Program-made: the position numbers and the translations under genes
From: Magallana gigas
Taxonomy: Eukaryota
Direction of reading: 5' to 3'
NCBI RefSeq assembly: GCF_963853765.1
Contig: NC_088857.1
Span: forward strand, 7,316,001-7,380,000
DNA length: 64,000 nt
The notes under the pieces: generated by a model
What the model saw: the letters and a program-made list of their open reading frames with translations, nothing else
Database searches by the model: none
Told to the model about the DNA's origin: nothing
In this document: one piece after another, positions 54,108-64,000 of the stretch
Layout of the letters: the number at the start of each line of letters is the position of its first letter
How positions within the stretch are numbered: position 1 is the stretch's first letter

Positions 54108-54785
54108 TGATTTTTAAAAAATAAATCCAGAGGTGCTCGAATGAAAGTTTACGAGACTTCACCGAGATTTGTTCAGTTCCTGTGAAATTTCGAGCGAAAG
54201 TATAGGTGTTCGGATAATATTCTCAAAATACGTAAGTACTGGTCATTTTTCATAACATATCCCACTTTGTTTTACGTTAAAACATGAAAATCTATTTAGA
54301 TATATGTCTTATTTCATTATCTAGAGATTATTTAAACTAAACGATGTTATTTAGAACAGAGTTATCGTTCGTGTTCAACCACTCTACACGTGGTTGAAGG
54401 TATAAACATTGGGTTGCTTAATAAAACCATAGCCATGTTTGAAGCTTTTGGCATGCAATACCATGCTTTTAAAAAAAAGAATGGGTGTCTGTTTTATATA
54501 AAAACTTAGTATATCGAACTATTATAAAGAACATTCTGCATAAAATATATCGTCTGTTTCACTTTTGATGCTTATACTAGGTCAGGCGCGGATCAAAAAT
54601 TAATCCTAAAGGGGGATCGCTACTAAGCATGTTAATTGTTGCAGAAAAAATAACTCATTGTATCCACCAATTAATGAACATAAAGTTTAAAATCCATAAA
54701 CGTCTATATTTTATATTTGACTACAAGTATCTAGATTCTAGGAAATAGACTAAACACGAGGCACGATTTTTACTGCTTAACAATA

Positions 54786-55718
54786 GGTGCGTTCAGAGTT
54801 GTACCGTTGGTGAAATTGAGATCTACCGCTGGCAGCATTTGGTTGCCATTGGTGAACTATGGTGGTCATTGGTCACCAAGTGCTGCCATTTGTAGCAATT
54901 TGAATAGGTAGTACAATGAACGATTTTTTGTCAAATTCAAACAAATGGTAGCCTTTGGTTACACTTGGTTACCAATTGTAACAATTTGAAAATATAAAAC
55001 AGTTGAAAACAAAACAAAATACCTTTCCTCTGTGAAGTGCGACTCTTTCCCTTTAAAACAGCTTCGTTGAGTGATTTATTATGCTTAAAAAGTCATTACA
55101 CAACTTTGATGACAATTTTGTTGAATTCCCAATTATATAAAGAAGTCTACAAAAGGACTACCAATCCATCATTAATACAAAGAAAGTAAAGATTAATTGC
55201 AAAACTGATAATAAATATTTAACGCCAGCAAGAATGTATATAAATAAAATCAATTCTTTAACAAGAGCTTGGACTTTGGGTAGGTGTCCCAAACAGCAAT
55301 GTGATATAGGCCTATCAATAATTTCTTTGTTGGCCATGGATCTTTGAAATCTAAAAAGCAATTTCTACGCAATCTGTGCATATTTCACTTGATATCAACA
55401 TTCTTTCTACGCAATCTGTGCATATTTCACTCGATATCAACATCCTTTTAATTTGATATGCATATATCTTATTCTAAAGTCTTTATTTACATCAGTATCT
55501 ATAGGCATCTTATATCCCGCCATGTTGAATTAGCATAATGGTGTCACCTACCAAACTTGCCCAAGCTCTAGGCTGCCGGTAGATTTGGTGACCTCATTTG
55601 AAATTGAAAGTACACAAATGGTCAACATTGGTAACCAATTGCTATCACTGGTTACCAATTGTAGACATTGGTGACCGAACTTGCCGTTGGTAACAATCTG
55701 GTGAACTCTGAACGCACC
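54786..55718. mobile_element. ~930-bp MITE (PIF/Harbinger-like) with TIR GGTGCGTTCAGAGTT
   Basis: TIRs flanked by TA. Subterminal TTGGT(T/A)ACCAA repeats at both ends and an internal ~42-bp tandem duplication at about 55362-55445. Confidence 0.75.
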
Positions 55719-56032
55719 TATAAATAACAAGGTCAAATAAAACCACGTGGTCTAAATTTAAATGACAATAACATTTGCAGGGGTGTATATATAATGTCGA
55801 AGTATAAAGCCTTCGAGCTGTATTCATACGCATACTCGGTCCTATTGATTTTCCACCCTTTTTACCTGTGAATTGGCCTCTATTTATTTGTGGGAGTTGT
55901 TCGGAATACCTGTTATTTTGCCTAAATAGGTTTGTAGTCATTTTCAGAAGACATTTAAATTAGCATAGGTTTCTATTTTTGTAGAGGTAAATTATATGCT
56001 CCTTGAGGTTTTTAACAATCTTTCGAAAACAA

Positions 56033-56034
<2 letters not shown>

Positions 56035-56071
<37 letters not shown>

Positions 56072-56125
56072 CTCCCTCTCTCTCTCTCTTTGTGTGTGTG
56101 TGTGTCTCTCTCTCTATCTCTCTAT
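56035..56125. repeat. Compound microsatellite (GT)n(CT)n
   Basis: Directly visible. Confidence 0.95.
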
Positions 56126-57164
56126 TTCAATGAAGTTATTGTCCATGAATGTATGTCCATTAATGCTTGAATGTAGTCATGTGTTATCTTTTGTAGTTAC
56201 GTTAATTTATGAGCGATTAGTTCTGTAAAACAATTTCTGAGTTTCTTTACCCGAATTATCTTGTACAGAGATAAATATATATAATATATCACATTTATTG
56301 CCTGTTTGTGGAATAAGTATGATAGTAGCCAAACCGTAGAAACGTTTGGCTAATTATATGTCCTTTTTATATAAGCAAACAATGCAATACTACACGCTAT
56401 TCAAGTTCGTAAAGAATACACACAATGCTCTGCGAATAACGTAAGATATGTAGATTGGCGAATGAAAACACCGTGTGCTCAAATAGATAGACTATGTGTA
56501 AAAATGCTAGAAACATAACTTACAAAAGTCTGATTTTTGCACTTTTATCAAAATACACATGTACTATTATTTTCCTTTTAGCTTGTCTGATCACTTGCAT
56601 TACGTGTACTAAAAAAAATTCATACGCTGATTTATGGAACGCCATAGCTGCCTTAAGGACGTTGGATCCTGCGATCAAAAGTCTTAGTTTTTTTCTAAAG
56701 TATTTTTTAAAAATCTACACTCATAGCTTAACCAAAATTCAAAACAAAATTTTGGAGTCTATATGCTTCATTTAGCGCTACGGTGTATTAAATATGACCT
56801 TTCTGCACTGAATGTGCAGATCACACATAAATCGCTTTTCCCTCTATATTTCATTATCGGAATGAACTATGGCATCAAATACAAATTTAAACTATTTAAG
56901 ATAAATAAAATTAAAATTATTATGAAGAAAAATGTTACAATTTCTTCACCCAATGGATATTTTGACCTTTTTGCACTGATAAAACGCTGTTATTATCCAT
57001 TAACGATTCAACATGAAATGAAATTATTTAAATGTCTCAAACTTTTTCTCAAATAATGATAAACTTCTCATTAAAAGCATACTCTACTTATAATACATTC
57101 GATTTTTCACACAAAATGGGTTCAATGATTGATATTATGATATCGGTGTTTAAAGGACAGATAA

Positions 57165-57239
<75 letters not shown>
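57165..57239. repeat. Compound microsatellite (CA)n(CT)n
   Basis: Directly visible. Confidence 0.95.
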
Positions 57240-57243
<4 letters not shown>

Positions 57244-59430
57244 TCAAATCAAACGACAATTTGACCAGGAAATGTGCATTGTCATAATGAACGCGGCAAA
57301 CTGGACCTCTTTCACCACAATACATAAAGGTTTCACAACCATTCAAATGTACATAATGTTTTCAACACGCCATAAGATGATGTTAGTACTGCATATAATG
57401 AACTTATCACCTAATGTCAAGAAGTTTCACTGCATAAAAAGATTTTGCAACTGCATGCACACGAAGAGTGTACCACAAAACATAACGATTGAACAACAAT
57501 ACATTATGAATTCATATCTCTTTATGAAATGAGTTTATCATATTATCATATAAAGATTTATTCATAGCATGTAACGAATAAACTACTGCACATAATGATT
57601 TGACGACATAATGTTATGATAATGCCATTTCATATAAAGATTTTACCCCTGAATATAATGATGAAATCCCAGTACATGATGATGTTAGCAGTGTATATAA
57701 TGATGCTAACACTGAATATATTATAATGATATTACTATTGCATATGAATGAAATACCAATTCATATAATATGAAATTGACTTTAAGGCAGCTATGGCGTT
57801 CCATACTGATTGCACACAACTCTTTGATTGGCTGTTCAATTTCAATGATATGAATAGCAATTTGATTATCAAAACCAGAGCCAAAAATATAATTGTTAAA
57901 CTGCACAGAAGTCCTATAATCTCAAGTACACAACAGTACTGACGATTGTAATAGAACTAAAATATTATAAATTTTGCACAAGGTCATGCTGCATGTTTAC
58001 TAGTACATTGTAAGACACACACTGAAGGTCATGTTTGTTATTTTCCTGCATGGTTGCATATTCCCTTTAGTAATTTAAAAAACCTCAAGGGTAAAGAATG
58101 TCATCTGTTGTTGGTGGAATAACAGTAAACGAAATCATGGCACAAACCTTGTTTACATAGCTAGCACTGTAACAACCGTTATGATGGAATAAAACACCTT
58201 TAAAAAGACACTCAAATTAACGGTCAATTATTTGATTATGAAAAATATAATAAATAAACTGAACACATGTCAAATAAGCGTAAAATTTGCAGTTAGGGGA
58301 TAAAAAAATGAACATCTTAAAAATTCAATTCCGTATGTAATAACAAAAACTCCTGAGGGATTTGAACTCGGGAAGTACGGATCACAAGCCCGACATTTTA
58401 TCCATTCGGCTATGGAGTAAGCTACATGTACACTTTGTCATCGACAAAATATCTTAATGAAACAAAATATCGTTTAGCCATTTTGTGATGATGTGTTACT
58501 CCACCTTAAATGATACAACACCGATGCAATTGCAACGCCTAACGCTATGAATTATGCATTAGCAGTTGAAATCATGACAAAAACCTAGTTTACATAGCAT
58601 ATAAACTGTGAGCTAGGGTCACCTTTTGTCTGAAAATTCAGCATAGCATATAAATTCTAGTAATATATTTATATTTTACAATGCCAAATAAACTTTCTTG
58701 AATACAATTGTTTAAAAAAAATACATTTTTACAAAATATATATGGAACTATATTTTGTGGTGGAAGGTTTTCAAGGAGGTAATGAACACTTTTTTAACTT
58801 GACAGTTCTAGAGTACTGTTACTTTAGCTTCATAATTTTCAGCGCAGACCAAACTTCTAGATAGTTTGTGTAATACGAAACATTTATTATGTTCTGAAAT
58901 ACATATTTGAACAATATTTTGATATTTCTATCGATATATTCTGGCATGTAAAGCATATATTTCATAGAAGTAACAAAAAAATAACTCCAATTTTGACCTA
59001 AAATTAGCTTAATTCATGCTATATGTATATCTCAATTTTTCTTAGACAAGACCCCTACTTTTTTTTTTTTTACTTTAAATGAGACATTATTAAAACGAAT
59101 GTCTTTTTGTATGCAAAGTTTTTGAAAGATGACATTACTTATCTTTTTTATATGCGTTATAATTTGATTTCTCCAAAATTTTGCAACGATCTTAATTTTC
59201 GTTGTTGTGTTCACTATGTACTGGCATTTGAAGCCACAAGTAAAGAAAGATTTTTTAAGCTTTGACTCAGATATTACTTTTATAGTCACTACATGTGTTT
59301 AACTTCATACTGTATTAAAATCATTATTAAATAACAGTTCAAACTATAAATATTTGTCTGATTTCTTCAAATAATCAATTTTCATGCCAAATATTTTGCA
59401 AAAATTTTAGAAAATTTTTCTTTCTGTTTA

Positions 59431-59693
59431 GGCCTAAAAAAAAAAATAGTGTGTTTAGGGTAACACTGATGAAAAAATTAGGTTAGGTAGGTGGGGATTT
59501 TTTTTATTTTATCTAATTTTTTTGCCTGAATCCTAAGAATGTTTGTTTGTTTCATATTTAAAAACGTATTTTTTATTGGAAATAAGATAAAATTCACAGT
59601 CGAATAAAATCAGGCATCTAAAAATGGTAGGATCGGGCCATTTTTGTAGGTTAGGTCGGGTTACCCGAAACACACAACTTTTTTTTTTAGGCC
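59431..59693. mobile_element. ~260-bp MITE with GGCCTAAAAAAAA…GTGTGTTT.GGGTAAC TIRs
   Basis: Inverted termini are visible, with internal GGTAGG repeats. Confidence 0.7.
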
Positions 59694-59891
59694 GTATATT
59701 TCCAAAAATGGCATGCGACATGGGTCACAAATAAAACAAATGAACATTTTAGGTCCCCATCTTAATCTTCAATTGGTTGTTAGATGATTGACATTACTAG
59801 TTTTCAAGTGCCAACCTCCTTAAATCAACAACTGGAATTAATTTTTCTTCATCTGTAGTAGGAAAGGAGGAATGAATACAATGAAAATATA

Positions 59892-59965
59892 TGGCTGGAC
59901 CGGGAATCGAACCGGGGACCCCCTGTATCTATAGCCAGGAGCTCTACCACTGAGCAACCCAGGCC
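59892..59965 (-). mobile_element. tRNA-derived SINE head / tRNA pseudogene
   Basis: GGCCTGGGTTGCTCAGTGGTAGAGC…GGTTCGATTCCCGGTCCAGCCA has A and B boxes and a D-arm, but the acceptor stem is mispaired and the anticodon loop is oversized. Confidence 0.7.
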
Positions 59966-60387
59966 GATATTCACGGTCCATATAGCCCCAACTACTACAC
60001 ATAACTAAATAAATACCATTTGATTTAGCACTATAAACATTGAAAATGGAAATCTAGAATTGAAAATGTTCAGTTTAAATGATGGCTATATATGCCCCTT
60101 TTAAGTTTCCTTAGCACGACTACGGACTACATGTTCATGTAAAACGTATACGAAAAGAAAAAAAATATCCGGACAGAATAAAAGGGGAGAGGGAATTAAT
60201 GTTTTCAAAACTGCAAAATTAATAGTGTAAGATATTTGATGGAATGGTATTATCAGAAATTTTATGTGGTGTACCGAGTGTTGAAGCTACGAAGAATGAA
60301 TATAGATATGTTACATAAATTAGGTATTGCATGTTTTATAAAATTCACTCTGTCGCATTTACTGTTGTAGAATTGGAATAGACCATC

Positions 60388-61773
60388 ATGAGAAAACCTA
60401 GAACAGGTTTCATTTTGATTGGCATCACAGCTGCTCTCTGTTTAACCATGTTTGTCTACTTTGATAAGAGAGAACGCAATCTTGTAAACATGATATTGCG
60501 ACAGAACCACGCAGCATCTGACACACACGACCCTATATTTGTCGATAAAACGAGGAACTCGAACATAAAATACTCAAGGGACGAAAACATGGATGACGAG
60601 GAAAAGTGGAACAATGATCAGTCCGCTTCTGAGAAATATTCCAGAAATGTTTTAGTGGATAAGGGAATAAATTTGAAGCTGCAACTTCCTCTTAAAGGAC
60701 AAACATTTAACCCAGTTGTTCGAGGATTTGTGGAGCAATTGAAACGGAAAGGGGAAGTGGCAAAAGACGTCGAAATCGAGAATATTGGTCAATACGCCAA
60801 ATCCCATTTACAATTAAGAGATACAGATCTAAACGCAAAAGAACTGAAAAATATAAAAAATTGTAAAGCAACCAGCAAGCAGGACTATCAAAAGAACTAT
60901 GGTGCATTCTTTGGAGGTGATCATGGAAGATTACAGAACATTCGTAGAACACACCATACTTACTTGGACGAGACAAAATTCATGATAGAGGTCGGAGGAA
61001 ACTGGGGTTGGGATGCAGGGAATTTTTCAAAACTCTACAATATGAACTATCTTATCTTAGAACCGTTAACACCGTACACTGATATTCTTGAGAAGAAATT
61101 TGCGGGAAACGAAAAAGTCAGTATATACAATGTCGGTCTTGGTTCAGATAACGAAGTAGTTATGGTAAACCTTGAAGGGAACAACGCATGCGCAACGACA
61201 AAGTTTTCAAAAAAGAACGGAACTGTTCCCATCTACATTGTAAATGCCATTGACTTCCTAACAGATTTAGGTAAGCATTTCGTAGAACATAAAAAGTCTT
61301 TTGAATAGAACGTTTGCAAAAGAGCCAATCGTATCAATGACATATGTTCTAAGGAAAACTTTATTTGTATAGAATTGAATTTGTAACATTTGATTGATTT
61401 TTCAGACTAATATACTTATTATAGATAATCTTATTTGCTTTACATAAGTCAACTATATTTGTAAGAGTTTGCAAAGATTGTGAAAATTATAGATATAACA
61501 TTCTCTCCCTCATTTCTAGGCGTGGGAGTTTATGAATTGGATTTGCTGACCATGAACTGTGAAGGCTGTGAGTTTGAGGTTCTGGAGACTCTCGTCAAGT
61601 CGAACCTCATAGAACGAATCCGGAATATTCAGTGGGCCACTCACACACAAGTCAGCATCCCAAACCCCTGGGAGCGATACTGTCGCATTCATGAGCTACT
61701 GAAACGCACACATCGACCCACATATCAGTACAAGTTTAACTGGGAAAGTTGGCGAAGGAAGGATATCAAGTGA
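60388..61773 (+). CDS. Type II membrane protein with FkbM-family (Methyltransf_21-like) SAM-dependent methyltransferase domain, 378 aa, 2 coding exons
   Basis: Exons 60388-61270 and 61520-61773 (GTAAGC/TTCTAG, phase 1). N-terminal signal-anchor MRKPRTGFILIGITAALCLTMFVYF. FkbM-like motifs: MIEVGGNWG, LILEP, IYNVGLG and LLTMNCEGCEFEVLE. Confidence 0.8.
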
Positions 61774-62104
61774 AAATTCACTTAGAGCAAGAATTGTGAT
61801 TAAAAAAACTTCACTTTCGTAAATCACAAAGAAGTGTATAGGAAAACCTCTCTAGAGTGATAGTATAGAAATATATAGGTAAATAAATTCCTTATAACTT
61901 TTTTATGGTTAAATATTGTGAAAAGACCTTTTTACATTTCGTTTTTTTTTTAATTTGTTGTATTTTGATAACATAGGAATTTTTCAAAGATAGTAAAATT
62001 CGATTGTTTTCTTTAAGAATAAACCATAATTGACATGCTATTCAGCTGTTTACATGGTATATAACAGAGACACAATTCAAACTTAGCTAAAGCATTGAGT
62101 TTAA

Positions 62105-63296
62105 GGTGGCTCTATACACCCACAGTTTATTCTAATTTTCAATAGAAGACCACAAAACATATACTTATCAAATATTAAAATGACGATAGGGATACTATAG
62201 GTATTTTAAAAGAATTTTAAATGTTTTTTCGCGTTTTTGTAAAATATTTTTTAAAAAGACAGCTATCAACAAATTGAGAGAAATTATTTTGTCATATGAT
62301 GGATATTTCCTTCGGACACATAAAAAAAATATATCACTTCTTAACATTCAAAAATGTTATTATTGCAATTTATTTTAGTATTTCCCCACAATATATCTTT
62401 TCATATTTTCTTACTCTGTTGACAAATCATCTGAAAAAGTTGCTTGGTGTTATAAGAAAATGTATTTTAATAAATGTGACATAAAAAATTGAATGAAAAC
62501 CATTGCAAATAAACACAAAAAATATTTTAAATTTTATTTGGTATGAAAGTTCCTCATGTAAGGGTTATCGTTCCTAAGTCCCAAGGCCCAAACACCTTGA
62601 GGACTTTTCATTTCTGAGTTGAAGAAAATTTCCTAAATATAATGTTGGAATGATAAATACATACATATTTCATTATAGAATTTGCCCTGTACAAGTGAAT
62701 ATATTCGCTTTAATGCAAAACTAAGTCAAATAAATAAAGGGGAACATTGACTAGGCTAATAGGATTTATGTATCCCAACCTGAGAGAAATTCAAAGCAAC
62801 CCTCTCATCCCCGTTAGATGTCGATATTAATGTGCATTAAAGTATATAATAATTGAAATATTTTCACCTGTTTAGAATTTTCTTTCACGGTATTCAACCA
62901 AAAAATACGTTTTAGAAGTTTTTGGAAAGTTAAAAAATTTATTGCTCTCAACGGGAATCGAACTCATGACCTAATGGTTTGTAGTGAATCCACTAATCCA
63001 CTACGCTACGGTGTAACATATCGATGGTGCTAAAGAAACTCTTTAAAAATTTATACTTGATTTTATTGTTTATTTCGATAAATAATACCACACAACGTGA
63101 AGGTGTCACAAACCACATTACTTGTAAGTAATGAATTTTCCAATTATCAAATTAAATCTATCCATTTAACAAATTTTTCAAAATAGCGGTTCCCATACAA
63201 TTCACCTCAGTTTAAATCAGCCAGTACCGGAAATGCATGTTTCCAGATTTACTTTTTTGCGTACTGCGTCATCAAAAAGTGGTGTATAGAGCCACC
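62105..63296. mobile_element. 1.2-kb TTAA-flanked MITE (Kolobok-like), TIR GGTGGCTCTATACACC
   Basis: TIRs with TTAA at 62101-62104 and 63297-63300. Internal tRNA-like segment at 62953-63011 on the minus strand. Confidence 0.85.
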
Positions 63297-63683
63297 TTAA
63301 CTAAGATTCTATTATTTTCTCTTGTTTAAATGAAATAAGAAAAAATAACATTTTAACATTACTTGAAAATAGTGGCAAATATTAGATAATCGAATTTTAG
63401 CAAAAATATTTCCCATCTTTAACTGTAAATATGTATGGTTTTTTTTTTATACATTACCTTACGTTAACGAAATATTATCTCCGGGCTTTAAAGTTCAAAA
63501 CACAACATGTTCCTTTATTTCTTATCCGGACCGCTGATCATGCACTTTTCTTATCCGGACCGCCGATCATCAGAAGTATCTCTCCTGTGTAAGGCACAGG
63601 TAAATGATTGCGCCCATGAGAAAAATGTGATTATGGCATTTTTGACAAAACAGAGAAATAACGTCACAAACATTATACATTTA

Positions 63684-63813
63684 TTGCATGAATGTGAAGG
63701 AAATATGAAGATTTATTCCCCAAAGAAAAACCATATTTCCCGAGGGCTTTACCCGAGGGAAATATGATTTTTCCATGGGAATAAATCTTCATATTTCCCT
63801 CACATTCATGCAA
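63684..63813. mobile_element. Terminal hairpin of another fold-back non-autonomous element
   Basis: TTGCATGAATGTGA.GGAAATATGAAGATTTATTCCC…CCGAGGGCTTTACCCGAGGG…GGGAATAAATCTTCATATTTCC.TCACATTCATGCAA. Confidence 0.7.
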
Positions 63814-64000
63814 TTAAAGTTTATTATAGCGAACAACAATTGATGATACAACATACGTCGATTTTTAATAATTTTTCGACTTGTCGAAAGCAATAACGTT
63901 GTGATTTTTGGGCTTTTTTCTGATAGTCAATCTTTGTTTTCATACATTCGAATCAAATATAGTAAAATTGATTTTTGTTGCAGAAAGGAAATTTAATTGA

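Noticed and set aside
59892-59965. Functional tRNA gene
   Set aside because: The acceptor and T stems are mispaired and the anticodon loop is about 10 nt, so it is treated as a SINE head or pseudogene. The same applies to 58357-58415 and 62953-63011.

Overview
AT-rich eukaryotic genomic DNA with spliceosomal introns, most likely an oyster (Crassostrea/Magallana-type bivalve). That assignment is inferred from a cvSI-type protease inhibitor and ~167-bp satellite-bearing Helentron-like elements. I reconstructed eight protein-coding genes by hand using splice sites and reading-frame continuity: an uncharacterised single-pass membrane protein (-), a cvSI-like 12-Cys serine protease inhibitor (-), PSMD9 (+), a class II PAQR/membrane progestin receptor (-), SDHAF3 (+), two tandem cytosolic sulfotransferases (-) and a membrane-anchored FkbM-type methyltransferase (+). 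The intergenic and intronic DNA is dense with non-autonomous transposons (MITEs, Helentron-like elements, a decayed CR1/L2-type LINE, nested insertions). One assembly gap lies at 7375-7505. The three most notable observations are: (1) a perfect 102-bp-arm palindrome beside the gap that carries two opposite-strand minimal type I hammerhead ribozymes, a Penelope/retrozyme signature; (2) a sulfotransferase pair 220 bp apart in which each paralog has lost a different key motif (catalytic His in one, the RKG PAPS-binding motif in the other); (3) a putative secretory-pathway FkbM methyltransferase that is a candidate glycan O-methyltransferase. No database searches were run; names come from motif recognition.
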